From Flavobacteriales bacterium UBA1494 (lineage in GTDB: Bacteria > Bacteroidota > Bacteroidia > Flavobacteriales_E > Vicingaceae): a DNA stretch of 64,000 nt. The notes under the pieces were generated by a model. The model was given only the letters and a program-made list of their open reading frames with translations, searched no databases and was not told the origin of the DNA. The position numbers and the translations under genes were made by a program. Positions 37,398 to 47,454 of the stretch are shown here, piece after piece. The stretch is taken from contig CAJJAT010000016.1 in assembly GCA_905182175.1 (NCBI GenBank), positions 1,202 to 65,201 of the forward strand, read 5' to 3'. Position 1 is the stretch's first letter; each line of letters starts with the position of its first letter.

Positions 37398-38094
37398 ATA
37401 AAATGGTAAAGAAGAACATTTTAGGTCTCATCTCTTCAATTGGATTTGAAAATTCGGTGTTGTCTCTTATTAGAGCATTCTCTAAGCTGTAGGACATTTT
37501 AATTTCAAGTCCTAACTTAAAATATTGCATAAAAAAATCAGTGCCAATTCCGATTTCAGCAGAGTAGGTACTTCGTTTCAATTTTACGACAGTTTCATCA
37601 ATGGTGTTGTTGTCAACTGCTTCATTTGAAGCTAAATCTAAAGAGTATTTTCCTCCACCTATAAAATAGGCAGCAAAGTTGTTTACTCTAGCCGAGCGAT
37701 ATTTCAGCAGTAAAGGGAAGTCTAAATAAGTAGATTCAATTTCTTTCGTAACAGTGTAGCGTTCACCTTTAAAATTGATGAAGTTGTATTCTAAATTCCG
37801 TTGACCAAATACAAGCGTTGGTATAAACCTTAAGTTTAACAACTTTCCAATGTGCAGGTCACTTACAATTCCAAGATTAAACCCACTCTGATTGATAACG
37901 TTTAAGTTTTGAAGGCTATCGGTAGTTAAATTATACGCATTTCTTTGCAGTGCAAAACCACCAGAATTTATTCCAAGAGCAAATCCAAAATGGATGATCT
38001 TTTGATCAAATTTTTGCAAATTGTTGACCTTAGGCTTTTGTGCCATTGCAAGCAGACTACCACAAATTAGAATAAAGCTTAAGATGTATCTCAT
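37387..38094 (-). CDS. PorT-family outer-membrane beta-barrel protein
   Basis: 235 aa with a signal peptide, alternating beta-strand pattern and a C-terminal aromatic-rich strand FTILFEG. The position directly downstream of ubiE is the usual PorT context in Bacteroidota. Confidence 0.5.
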   Translation of the reverse strand: MRYILSFILICGSLLAMAQKPKVNNLQKFDQKIIHFGFALGINSGGFALQRNAYNLTTDSLQNLNVINQSGFNLGIVSDLHIGKLLNLRFIPTLVFGQRNLEYNFINFKGERYTVTKEIESTYLDFPLLLKYRSARVNNFAAYFIGGGKYSLDLASNEAVDNNTIDETVVKLKRSTYSAEIGIGTDFFMQYFKLGLEIKMSYSLENALIRDNTEFSNPIEEMRPKMFFFTILFEG

Positions 38095-38121
38095 ACTTCG
38101 ATCAACGGTGTTAGTGTAGTT

Positions 38122-38850
38122 TTATTTTTGAACGACATAGATAGATGAAATGCCAAAGAATAGGGGAAGGGTCTTTTTAAATTTAAATCCTACTTTCTTT
38201 AAAATTGCTTCAAATTCCTTTCCTTCAGGAAAAGCTTCAACAGACTCGGGTAAATAGGTGTAAGCAGACGCGTCTTTCGAAACTAATTTTCCAATGCTTG
38301 GCAGCACTTTGTGAAAGTAAAGGTTGTAGACCTGCTTTATTGGAAATCCCTTTGGCTTTGAAAACTCCAAAACCACTACCATTCCACCTGTCTTTAAAAC
38401 CCTTTTCATTTCTGAAAGACCTTTTTCTAAATCCTCAAAATTTCGAACACCAAACGCAACAGTAATTGCATCAAAGTAGTTGTCTTCAAAAGGAATATCT
38501 TCAGAGTCGCCGTACTTTAATTCAATAATACTTTCTTGGCCATTTTTTTTAACTTTAATAACACCTTTATCTAACATTCCTTGGCTAATGTCAATTCCAA
38601 TAACCTTTGTTGGTTTTAGACTTAGGCTTTCTATTGCAAAGTCTCCGGTCCCTGTGGCAACATCTAAAATTACCTTGGGTTGAATTTCGCTCAAAATTTT
38701 GACGGCTTTTTTTCTCCAAAGCTTATCAATACCAAGTGATAAAAAATGATTTAAGAAGTCGTAACGATGAGAAATGTTATCAAACATTTCTGCTACCTGC
38801 TCTTTTTTAGAACTGTTCTTTTCTTTGTAAGGAGTTACTGTTTCTGCCAT
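38122..38850 (-). CDS. ubiE: Demethylmenaquinone / ubiquinone C-methyltransferase
   Basis: YDFLNHFLSLGIDKLWRKKAV and SAM motif ILDVATGTGDFA. Full-length match to the UbiE/MenG pattern. Confidence 0.85.
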   Translation of the reverse strand: MAETVTPYKEKNSSKKEQVAEMFDNISHRYDFLNHFLSLGIDKLWRKKAVKILSEIQPKVILDVATGTGDFAIESLSLKPTKVIGIDISQGMLDKGVIKVKKNGQESIIELKYGDSEDIPFEDNYFDAITVAFGVRNFEDLEKGLSEMKRVLKTGGMVVVLEFSKPKGFPIKQVYNLYFHKVLPSIGKLVSKDASAYTYLPESVEAFPEGKEFEAILKKVGFKFKKTLPLFFGISSIYVVQK

Positions 38851-38900
38851 AATACTATTTACTTGTGCAAAAGTAAGCGTACACTACAAAAAATGTTCAT

Positions 38901-40610
38901 TTATTGCACCATTTCTTTTCGTTCCTGATAAGCATCATCATCTTTATGAACTAAATTGAAAACTCTGTCCCAACGTATCTTGCTAAATAAAGACTTGTTA
39001 GGGTCCAGTGACATCCAAATAAATACTGCTTTACCAACCACATGATCTTCTGGAACAAATCCCCAAAACCTACTATCTTGAGAGTTGTGGCGGTTGTCAC
39101 CCATCATCCAGTAATAGTCCATTTGTACTTCATAAGTAGTTGTCTCTTGGCCATTAATATAGATTTTTCCGTTTTCTGTTTTTAATTCATTTCCTTCATA
39201 AATCTGAATTAATCGAACATACATCGGTAAATTCTTGGCTGTTAATTCTAAAATTTGTCCTTTGTAAGGAATTGTTATTGGTCCAAAGTTGTCTTCCGTC
39301 CAATTGTAATCTGCTGTATTTGGGAAAATGGGGTAACTCTTTAATTCTGAGTTTTGATAATGGCCTTTTTCCTTATTAACTTTAGTGATGGAAACCACGT
39401 TACTTAAGGAGCGCACATATTCTAATGCCTCTTTGGTTAGGTGCATATCCATCGTGCTTCCATATCCTGGAGACCAGTTGATATCTGTGATTTCGTTGTC
39501 AATTAAGGTTTGCATTCGTATGGGAGGAGAGTTAGGGTTTTGTTGCGTTACACACTCAACACTGTAGCTAGTTTGTAATCCTTCTGATTGATATGCCTCT
39601 TTATCGTCTATAAATAACTTCCCATCAATTATTTTTAATTCATCGCCAGGTAAGGCAACACAGCGTTTAATGTAATTTTCTCTTTTGTCTACAGGTCTTG
39701 CTCTAATGCCAAAGCCTTCAGAAACAATTTTTTGAGCTCGAGTATACGTCATTTCATCGGTGGCATTTCTATTGGGTTGAAAATACCTGTCAATGAAGTT
39801 TTTCTGATATTTCTTAGGCATTCCTTTTGTAAAGTATTTCCTTCCGTTTTCCTTTCCAAAAATAGCATCGTACTCTCTCAATAGAGCATAGTATGTTCTT
39901 GCTTGTTGCTCCACAGCCACGGTATCTCCTGCGGGGAAATTAAATACCACTGCTTCGTTTCGTTTTACGTTTTGAAGTTTAAAGAGGCGTTTATAGGGAA
40001 GTTTAATTAATTCTGAATAGGACTTTACATTATCAGTTCCAGGCAATGTATGGTGAGCGAAAGGAAAGAAAATAGGAGTGTTTGGAATACGGGAACCGTA
40101 GCTCACCTTACTTACAAATAGAAAATCACCTACCAGCAATGATTTTTCCATAGATGAAGTTGGAATGGTAAACGCTTCAATGTAAATGGCTCTGATTAGT
40201 GTTGCTGCAATTACAGCAAACGCGATAGCATCAGCCCATTCTCTAATTTTTGTCTTCTTGTATTTGGCAACAAATTCATACCCTGCAAATTTGTATTGGT
40301 CAGAAAGTCCGATGTAGGCGAGGTAGAATGGAGTAAAAATTACGGCTAACGCATGTTCCCAAAAGCTTAAAATTTTAAACTGCTTTAGCAGCTCAACAAT
40401 AATTCCAACCCAAACAATAAAGCCTAAAAATGGTATGTAATAAATTGCCATCCACCAAACGGGTTTGCGGATGATTTTAATGGCTGTGTAGATGCTATAA
40501 AAGGGCACAAGTGCTTTCCATCCTTCAATTCCTGCTTTTTTAAATAATAAGAATAATCCAAAGTGAGAGGCAATGAAGTAGAATAAGATAATAATGATTG
40601 CTGTTGTCAT
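38901..40610 (-). CDS. lepB: Signal peptidase I (long Bacteroidota form)
   Basis: S26 motifs IPTSSMEKSLLVGDFLFVSK, and KRCVALPGD and GDNRHNSQDSRFWGFVPEDHVVGKA. Confidence 0.8.
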   Translation of the reverse strand: MTTAIIIILFYFIASHFGLFLLFKKAGIEGWKALVPFYSIYTAIKIIRKPVWWMAIYYIPFLGFIVWVGIIVELLKQFKILSFWEHALAVIFTPFYLAYIGLSDQYKFAGYEFVAKYKKTKIREWADAIAFAVIAATLIRAIYIEAFTIPTSSMEKSLLVGDFLFVSKVSYGSRIPNTPIFFPFAHHTLPGTDNVKSYSELIKLPYKRLFKLQNVKRNEAVVFNFPAGDTVAVEQQARTYYALLREYDAIFGKENGRKYFTKGMPKKYQKNFIDRYFQPNRNATDEMTYTRAQKIVSEGFGIRARPVDKRENYIKRCVALPGDELKIIDGKLFIDDKEAYQSEGLQTSYSVECVTQQNPNSPPIRMQTLIDNEITDINWSPGYGSTMDMHLTKEALEYVRSLSNVVSITKVNKEKGHYQNSELKSYPIFPNTADYNWTEDNFGPITIPYKGQILELTAKNLPMYVRLIQIYEGNELKTENGKIYINGQETTTYEVQMDYYWMMGDNRHNSQDSRFWGFVPEDHVVGKAVFIWMSLDPNKSLFSKIRWDRVFNLVHKDDDAYQERKEMVQ

Positions 40611-40613
40611 GGT

Positions 40614-41330
40614 TTAGTTTTTTAAAACATCTTGCATAGTAAATATGCCTTTTTTGGTATAAATATATTCTGCAGCTAGCAAGGCTCCAAGGGCGAACCC
40701 TTTTCTGTTTTTTGCTTCGTGCTTAATGCTGATTCTATCAATGTCTGAATCATAGGTTACTGTATGCGTGCCTGATACTCCAGATTCTCTGTGCGAGATT
40801 ATTTCAAGAACTTTCATATTATCATTGGCTTCGTTTTCCCAATGTGAGTATGAATCATTGCTCTTTATAATTTCGTCAGCTAAAGTAATGGCTGTTCCAC
40901 TTGGCGAATCTAATTTTTCGGTATGGTGAATTTCTTGAATTTCTGAAGTGTAGCTTTTATGATTTCCCATTAACTCGGCTAGTCGACGGTTAATTTCAAA
41001 GAAAATATTAACCCCTACACTAAAATTAGAAGTGCTTAAAAAGCTCCCATTTGATTTTTTTACCTGTTCGTAAACTAATTCTTTTGAATCACTCCACCCT
41101 GTTGTTCCAACGGCAACCGGAGTTCCTGCTTGCAAGCATAACTTAATGTTAGTGAGCACTTGTTCAGGGGTTGAGAACTCAATTGCAACGTCAATTTTTT
41201 GCAAACTCTCTTTTGTTAAATCAGATATGTTGGATGAGCTTATCTTTAACACCACTTCATGGCCTCGTTCTAAAGCAATGATTTCTATGGACTTGCCCAT
41301 TTTTCCGTATCCGAGTAATGCAATTTTCAT
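40614..41330 (-). CDS. dapB: 4-hydroxy-tetrahydrodipicolinate reductase
   Basis: MKIALLGYGKMGK Rossmann motif and the signature EIHHTEKLDSPSGTA. Confidence 0.9.
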   Translation of the reverse strand: MKIALLGYGKMGKSIEIIALERGHEVVLKISSSNISDLTKESLQKIDVAIEFSTPEQVLTNIKLCLQAGTPVAVGTTGWSDSKELVYEQVKKSNGSFLSTSNFSVGVNIFFEINRRLAELMGNHKSYTSEIQEIHHTEKLDSPSGTAITLADEIIKSNDSYSHWENEANDNMKVLEIISHRESGVSGTHTVTYDSDIDRISIKHEAKNRKGFALGALLAAEYIYTKKGIFTMQDVLKN

Positions 41331-41384
41331 AAGGTCAAAAATAGAGCAGGGTAGAGCAGGGTTAGTGTAAAATACATGTGTGGC

Positions 41385-41948
41385 TTAAAAAGCGGTTCGA
41401 TGGGTCTTTTTAGCAAATTTTATGGAGACGGTCATAGACGGAATCATTCTATTTATGCTTTGATCGAACTGAAAACTAGGTTTAATGACACCTGATAAGT
41501 CATCACTTACGTCAAATGTATACAAATGAGCATCTACTGCGGCATCCAATATATTCATTGCATATGCAGCGGCAGTTAAAACAAAAAATAAATCTCTATT
41601 TTTTCTATGGTTCTCAAGAATTGAATTCAGTTGGTTAGCGCTGTATATGTCAGTGTATTTGTGTGGTTCATTTAAGCTTTCAGCAATGAAGGCATCTTTA
41701 AATTCGTTGTATAGTTTTGCTTCACTTAAAGCAAAATACAGGGGAGTACCAATAAGGGCATAAACCAAAGGTACTTTCCAATACTTTTTATTATAAACCT
41801 GTCCTAAGCCGGGAACTGCAAGGGAAAGCAGGCTTGCTTTTTTAGGAGAATGATACGGAACTGTATCGATGTTTAAAGTATCGGGTTGTTGAGCAATGGC
41901 TGCCGTAGATATCAAAAGTCCTAGAATAAAAACAAATTGCTTTTTCAT
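41385..41948 (-). CDS. DUF5683-family protein
   Basis: Signal peptide, SLLSLAVPGLGQVYNKKYWKVPLVY, and the conserved position downstream of parB in Bacteroidota. Confidence 0.6.
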   Translation of the reverse strand: MKKQFVFILGLLISTAAIAQQPDTLNIDTVPYHSPKKASLLSLAVPGLGQVYNKKYWKVPLVYALIGTPLYFALSEAKLYNEFKDAFIAESLNEPHKYTDIYSANQLNSILENHRKNRDLFFVLTAAAYAMNILDAAVDAHLYTFDVSDDLSGVIKPSFQFDQSINRMIPSMTVSIKFAKKTHRTAF

Positions 41949-41953
41949 TTCAG

Positions 41954-42838
41954 CTATTTGATTTTAAGCTTTTTCAATATCTTGGCTAGATCTGACTCAT
42001 TCTCAAAAGAAATAGTAATACTGCCTTTTTCTTCGTCTTTTCGTTGAAACTTAACTGGTAAATTAAAATGCTCCGTAAGGTCAGTTCTAATTCTTTTATC
42101 AACTACTGACAGAGAAAGCTTTGTTTTACTGTTGCTTAATGCACTTTCTTTTTTACCTTTTGCTAATTCTTCTGTTTTACGCACAGAGAGGGTTTCCGAC
42201 ACTATTTGTTTGTATAAAGCCAATTGGCTTTCATGGTCTTCAATATTTACTAGGGCTCTCGCATGCCCCATGCTTAATTGATTGTTAATTATTCCATTCT
42301 GAATTTCAGCGGGAAGCTTTAACAATCGGAGATAATTAGTAATAGTAGAACGCTTTTTGCCAACTCGTTGGCTCATCTCTTCTTGGGTTAACTTACACTC
42401 TTCAATTAATCTTTGGTATGAAATTGCAACTTCAATAGCGTCTAATTCAGCTCGTTGAATATTTTCTACCAAGGCCATTTCCAACATGCTTTGGTCGTTG
42501 GCAATGCGGACAAACGCAGGTATTTGGTGTAGTCCAGCAAGTTGTGAGGCTCTGAACCTTCTCTCACCTGAAATTAACTGATACTTATCGTACCCTAATT
42601 TTCTGACCGTAACGGGTTGTATAATTCCAAGTTCCTTTATGGATTGCGCTAACTCGTGTAATGCTTCTTCTTCAAATTTTGTTCTAGGTTGAAAAGGGTT
42701 GGTCTCAATCTTCGAAATCTCAATATCTGCAATAGAACCAGCAGTTATAGGCACTTCTGTCCTTGTGCTGGTTAAATCTGTTTTATTGTCTTCTAAAAGT
42801 GCGCTTAATCCTCGCCCTAATGCCGGTCTCTTGCTCAT
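41954..42838 (-). CDS. parB: Chromosome partitioning protein ParB
   Basis: ParB box motifs GIIQPVTVRK and LISGERRFRAS, plus an HTH region. Confidence 0.9.
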   Translation of the reverse strand: MSKRPALGRGLSALLEDNKTDLTSTRTEVPITAGSIADIEISKIETNPFQPRTKFEEEALHELAQSIKELGIIQPVTVRKLGYDKYQLISGERRFRASQLAGLHQIPAFVRIANDQSMLEMALVENIQRAELDAIEVAISYQRLIEECKLTQEEMSQRVGKKRSTITNYLRLLKLPAEIQNGIINNQLSMGHARALVNIEDHESQLALYKQIVSETLSVRKTEELAKGKKESALSNSKTKLSLSVVDKRIRTDLTEHFNLPVKFQRKDEEKGSITISFENESDLAKILKKLKIK

Positions 42839-42840
42839 AT

Positions 42841-43644
42841 TTAAACGTTAATTACTTTTTCTGATTCTTTCAATTGAGTCATTTCATTCTTTTGCAATAT
42901 CTCTCTTGCTAAGTTTAAGTAGTTAATTGCTCCCTTGCAACTAGCATCGTGCATAATAATGGTTTCACCATGACTTGGAGCTTCACCTAAACGCGTATTT
43001 CGCTGAATAATAGTATCAAAAACCATTTGCTGAAAGTGTGTTTTAACTTCTTCAACTACTTGGTTTGAAAGTCGCAATCTAATGTCATACATGGTCAAAA
43101 GAAGACCTTCAATATCCAACTCGGGGTTTAGCCTTGACTGAACTATTTTAATAGTGTTTAGTAATTTACCTAAACCTTCTAACGCAAAGTATTCACATTG
43201 AACAGGAATAATAACTGAATCTGCTGCTGTCAATGAATTTAAAGTAATTAATCCAAGGGAAGGGGAGCAATCGATTATGATGAAGTCGTAGTCGTCTTTA
43301 ATTCTTCCTAAAGAAGCACGCATCATGTGTTCTCTATTTGGTAGGTTTATCATCTCAATTTCTGCACCCACTAAATCAATGTGGGCAGGAAGTAAATCTA
43401 AATTGGGTGACTTTGTTTCAATAACGATACCCTTCGGATCTATTTCATTTATAATGCATTCGTAAATGCTGGTTTTTATTGTCTTCGGGTCAACTCCAAC
43501 ACCTGATGTGGCATTTGCTTGAGGATCAGCGTCAACTAGTAATACTTTTCTTTCTAACACCCCAAGAGCAGCTGCCAAATTAATGGCAGTTGTCGTTTTT
43601 CCTACACCACCTTTTTGGTTGGCTATTGCTATAATTTTCCCCAT
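42841..43644 (-). CDS. parA: Chromosome partitioning ATPase ParA/Soj
   Basis: Deviant Walker A NQKGGVGKTTTAINLAA and Walker B-like DFIIIDCSPSLG. Confidence 0.9.
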   Translation of the reverse strand: MGKIIAIANQKGGVGKTTTAINLAAALGVLERKVLLVDADPQANATSGVGVDPKTIKTSIYECIINEIDPKGIVIETKSPNLDLLPAHIDLVGAEIEMINLPNREHMMRASLGRIKDDYDFIIIDCSPSLGLITLNSLTAADSVIIPVQCEYFALEGLGKLLNTIKIVQSRLNPELDIEGLLLTMYDIRLRLSNQVVEEVKTHFQQMVFDTIIQRNTRLGEAPSHGETIIMHDASCKGAINYLNLAREILQKNEMTQLKESEKVINV

Positions 43645-43998
43645 AGTTCTCTTTTCTAGAATTAATTGACTACAATTTTATTTTTTTCCAAAACGATGTT
43701 CTCTCTTCTCATTCAACCTCACTTTTGCGTTTAACCAAGTAAACTTACTAAAGCCTTAGCACATACCTTGCTTTTATAAATTCAGGTTATTCCACTTAAC
43801 ATATGCTAAATCAGTTCTTTTTAGTTGTTGATTTGCTTTAAGTGAAAAGTAAATCTGTACTATTTGCTGCACCTTAAAAGTAGTCTTTTAGATGCTTTTT
43901 TTCGACTAATTTAATCCGTCTTTTTGAACAATTTTCTGTTCGTATGAAATTTGAATAGAGTAGTGCCTGATTTTTAGTTTCAATCCTTCGCACTTCGA

Positions 43999-44006
43999 TA
44001 TTTTTG
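43999..44006 (+). promoter_or_regulatory. Candidate Bacteroidota -7 promoter box (TAnnTTTG) for truA
   Basis: tatttttg ends 8 nt before the ATG at 44015, which implies a leaderless or very short-leader mRNA. A second match, taattttg, lies at 44766-44773 just before the ABC transporter ATG. Confidence 0.3.
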
Positions 44007-44014
44007 TGCCTGTA

Positions 44015-44764
44015 ATGAAGCGAAGGTATTTTTTGTATTTAAGTTATAATGGAACGAATTATCACGGTTGGCAAATCCAACCCAATGGTAACAGCGTTCA
44101 AGCGGATTTGGAAAAAGCATTGAAAATTCTTTTCCAAGAAAAGATATCTATAATAGGAGCAGGTAGAACTGATACAGGAGTTCACGCAAGGTTAATGATT
44201 GCTCACTTTGAGACTGACAAAAATTTCGTCATTAGTAAATTAATTTACAACCTAAACAATGTGTTAGGCGTTTTTATTTCAATTAAAGGTTTAAGAGAAG
44301 TTACGCCGGATTTTCATGCAAGATTTGCTGCACTATCCCGAACATACCAATACGTAATTACTCCTCAGAAAGATCCTTTTCACAGTGATACGGCTCATCG
44401 ATATACTCCCAAAGTAGATCTTAAAAAGATGAACGAGGCAGCTAAATTGATGTTAGGTGAAATGGATTTCTCATGTTTTTCGAAGTCCAAAACGCAAACC
44501 TTTACCAATAATTGTAACCTACAAAAAGCAGAATGGACTGAAAAGGAGGGACTCTTCATTTTTGAAGTGAAGGCGAACCGTTTCTTACGAAATATGGTTC
44601 GGGCAATTGTTGGGACTCTTTTAGAAGTAAACGAGGAAAAACGAACAATAGAGAGCATAATAGAGTTAATAGAAAGTAAAAACCGATCAAATGCAGGCGT
44701 ATCTGTTCCTGCGAAAGGGCTTTTTTTAGTAAACATTGAATATCCGGATGAGGGTTTTATTTAG
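44015..44764 (+). CDS. truA: tRNA pseudouridine(38-40) synthase
   Basis: YFLYLSYNGTNYHGWQIQPN and the catalytic GAGRTDTGVHA. The ATG at 44015 is preferred over the track GTG at 44006. Confidence 0.85.
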   Translation: MKRRYFLYLSYNGTNYHGWQIQPNGNSVQADLEKALKILFQEKISIIGAGRTDTGVHARLMIAHFETDKNFVISKLIYNLNNVLGVFISIKGLREVTPDFHARFAALSRTYQYVITPQKDPFHSDTAHRYTPKVDLKKMNEAAKLMLGEMDFSCFSKSKTQTFTNNCNLQKAEWTEKEGLFIFEVKANRFLRNMVRAIVGTLLEVNEEKRTIESIIELIESKNRSNAGVSVPAKGLFLVNIEYPDEGFI

Positions 44765-44777
44765 ATAATTTTGCAGC

Positions 44778-46538
44778 ATGAGTGAAGTGAGTGGAAAGGC
44801 ATGGGATGTAAAGTTGTTTCAGCGGGTTTTTAAATACGTAAAACCGTACAATAAGCAGTTTTATTTTACAGCTTTTTTAGTAGTTATTTTGGCGGTTTTA
44901 TCTCCAATTCGTCCGTATTTGATTCAATATATGATTGATGATAAAGTTGCGGCATCTGATTTAATAGGTGTAAGAAACATAACGCTTCTTTTAATTGGAA
45001 TCATGATTGTTGAAGCTATCATTCAGTTTTATCAATCGTATTTAGCCAATTGGTTAGGGCAAACTATTATAAAAGACATTCGAGTACAACTTTACCGTCA
45101 TATTTTATCTTTTAAATTAAAGTATTTCGATCAAACTCCAATAGGAACTTTAGTTACTCGGAATGTATCTGATATTGAGACAATATCCAACATATTTGCG
45201 CAAGGTATTTTGGTGATTTTTGGAGATATTTTGAAGTTAATAGCTGTTGTAACGGTCATGTTTTATACAGATTGGTTGTTAACTTTAATTGCGTTGCTTC
45301 CAATGCCAATCTTAATTTTTGCAACCAGTGTTTTTAAGAAAGTGATTAAGAAAGCCTTTCAAGATGTTCGCACACAGGTATCTAATCTTAATTCTTTTGT
45401 TCAAGAAAGAGTTACTGGAATGAAGATCATTCAGATTTTTAATAGAGAAAAAGTAGAGTCGGCACAATTTGAAGGAATGAATAACAAGCATAAGGATGCC
45501 CATATTAGAACTGTTTGGGCCTATTCTATTTTCTTTCCTATTGTTGAAATGCTTTCAGCGTCTTCATTGGGTTTGTTGGTCTGGTGGGGAACAAAAGGAG
45601 TCTTGGCAGGGCAAACCTCTCTAGGAGACTTGATTGCTTTTATTCTATACATACACATGTTGTATCGTCCTATTCGTCAACTAGCTGATCGATTTAATAC
45701 GCTGCAATTGGGAATGGTAAGTTCAGAAAGAGTTTTTCGGGTATTGGATACAAATTCCACGATAGAAAGACAAGATGGTATTAAAAAAGAGAAGTTGGAT
45801 GGAGCTATAGAGTTTAAGAACGTTTCTTTTGCATACATCGATGATGACTTTGTATTAAAAGATGTCTCATTTTCTGTAAAACCGGGAGAAACAGTCGCTT
45901 TTGTAGGTGCTACCGGATCTGGTAAAACATCAACTATTAATTTGTTGGGTCGCTTTTATGAATATCAAAAAGGTGAAATATTTGTAGATGGGGAAGAAAT
46001 TCGAAATTATGATTTGGAGAATCTTCGACAGAATATGGGAGTAGTGTTGCAAGACGTGTTTTTGTTTTCAGATACAATCATGAATAATATTACACTGAAC
46101 AGCCCCTCAATTAAGGAAGAAGCAGTAATTGAAGCGTCTAAAAAAGTTGGAGCGCATGATTTTATTTCAAAGCTGCCCGGTACTTATAATTACGATGTAA
46201 AAGAACGGGGAGGCATGCTTTCAGTTGGTCAACGACAGCTAATTTCATTCATTAGGGCTTATGTTCACCATCCAAGTATTCTGATTTTGGATGAAGCTAC
46301 TTCTTCAATCGATACGGAATCTGAATTGTTAATTCAAAAAGCGACAGATATTCTAACAGAAGGTAGAACGTCAATTGTAATTGCACACCGATTGTCTACC
46401 ATTCAAAAAGCAGATAAAATAATAGTTTTAGAGGCCGGTAGGATTTTAGAGCAAGGAACGCATCAAGAGTTACTTGAATTGAATGGGCATTACAAGAAGC
46501 TATTTGAGCTGCAGTTCTCTGAGGAAATTAGCGCATAA
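44778..46538 (+). CDS. ABC exporter, fused permease/ATPase (MsbA/ABCB-like)
   Basis: 586 aa, six TM helices. Walker A GATGSGKTS, signature LSVGQRQ and Walker B ILILDEATS. Confidence 0.85.
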   Translation: MSEVSGKAWDVKLFQRVFKYVKPYNKQFYFTAFLVVILAVLSPIRPYLIQYMIDDKVAASDLIGVRNITLLLIGIMIVEAIIQFYQSYLANWLGQTIIKDIRVQLYRHILSFKLKYFDQTPIGTLVTRNVSDIETISNIFAQGILVIFGDILKLIAVVTVMFYTDWLLTLIALLPMPILIFATSVFKKVIKKAFQDVRTQVSNLNSFVQERVTGMKIIQIFNREKVESAQFEGMNNKHKDAHIRTVWAYSIFFPIVEMLSASSLGLLVWWGTKGVLAGQTSLGDLIAFILYIHMLYRPIRQLADRFNTLQLGMVSSERVFRVLDTNSTIERQDGIKKEKLDGAIEFKNVSFAYIDDDFVLKDVSFSVKPGETVAFVGATGSGKTSTINLLGRFYEYQKGEIFVDGEEIRNYDLENLRQNMGVVLQDVFLFSDTIMNNITLNSPSIKEEAVIEASKKVGAHDFISKLPGTYNYDVKERGGMLSVGQRQLISFIRAYVHHPSILILDEATSSIDTESELLIQKATDILTEGRTSIVIAHRLSTIQKADKIIVLEAGRILEQGTHQELLELNGHYKKLFELQFSEEISA

Positions 46539-46545
46539 CACAAGA

Positions 46546-47395
46546 ATGCATAAATTTTGTTCTTACACACCAAGAACCATCAAAAATATACTAGTTTCTT
46601 TTACTGCTGCTGCATTTATGGCAGTTGCATCTCAAAATCAATACTTTGTTAATCCTGTAAATGTTGTTCTTTATAATATTGGTAATAAACCTATGGAGTT
46701 GTTAAAGAAGCTAAAACTTGGTCATCCGCTAGAGCTTATGCAGTTCAATTTATGGGAAACCTAGCAATTCTAGAAAGCCAAAGAAAGCAGGACAGTATTA
46801 TAGCTATTTTAAATCGTTCCGGTATTGTAAATTCAAGCTAAGCTGCGACCGATGGCGGCGGAGCTGCGATTGTTTGGCTTGGAGGGAATGGATAGAGGAA
46901 CTGAAGGGAATTGGATTTGGGATTCGTATGCAATCGGAACTGGTCAATCTTTGCTGGGATTAAGAACAGGCAGCATTTTTTAGTGGATTGTATAACAATT
47001 GAGGGAATTAACCAGATCTTTTTAACAATCAAGACGCTTTGGGTTTTGCTTTAAGTTCGAGGCCCTTTGTTACTGTAGGTCAATGGAATGATGTTGAAGA
47101 AAACAATTGTTTGTGCTTTATCGTGGAATATCCCGGAACGGTAGGTTTAGATGAAGTAATGCGAAATAGAGTAATTACATTAAGTCCAAACCCTGCACAA
47201 AATGAGTTGCACTTAAATTGTGACAAATGTGGTACGGAGAATTAAATGTATCGGGTTGTAGATGTGAAAGGTAGGTTGTTTATTGAAGCACGATTAACAG
47301 GCGGAAAAGTGGTTGATATAAGTAAACTGAAAAGGAGGTCTTATTTCATTCAGTTTAAAGCATCAGGATTAAGTTTGAAATTTCAAAAAGAATAA
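46546..47395 (+). pseudogene. Decayed C-type-lectin-domain protein with T9SS C-terminal sorting domain
   Basis: Signal-peptide-like start MHKFCSYTPRTIKNILVSFTAAAFMAVASQ. Lectin blocks appear in shifted frames with stops: AYAVQFMGNLAILESQRKQDSIIAILN, AAIVWLGGN..RGTEGNWIWDS, GQWNDVEENNCLCFIVEY. The CTD-like tail reads ITLSPNPAQNELHL ... YRVVDVKGRLFIEARL...YFIQFK. Confidence 0.6.
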
Positions 47396-47400
47396 AATTA

Positions 47401-47430
47401 AAAAAGCATCACAGAAATAGATGCTTTTTT
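47401..47430. terminator. Bidirectional intrinsic terminator
   Basis: aaaaagcatc-acagaaata-gatgctttttt: a 6-bp GC-containing stem extended by A/T pairs, lying between the lectin pseudogene and the convergent GT2 gene. Confidence 0.6.
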
Positions 47431-47454
47431 GGTTTATGAGAGTTCTCTATTGCT

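Noticed and set aside
43645-44005. The parA-truA divergent spacer as a possible replication origin or parS region
   Set aside because: The only DnaA-box-like string is ttattccac (43786-43794), which needs an indel to match TTATCCACA. There is no cluster of boxes, and no palindromic parS-like TGTTTCAC/GTGAAACA site.
46838-47032. 64-aa minus-strand ORF
   Set aside because: It is antisense to the C-type-lectin pseudogene blocks. Its Pro/Ala-rich tail comes from the GC-rich GGCGGCGGAGC segment.
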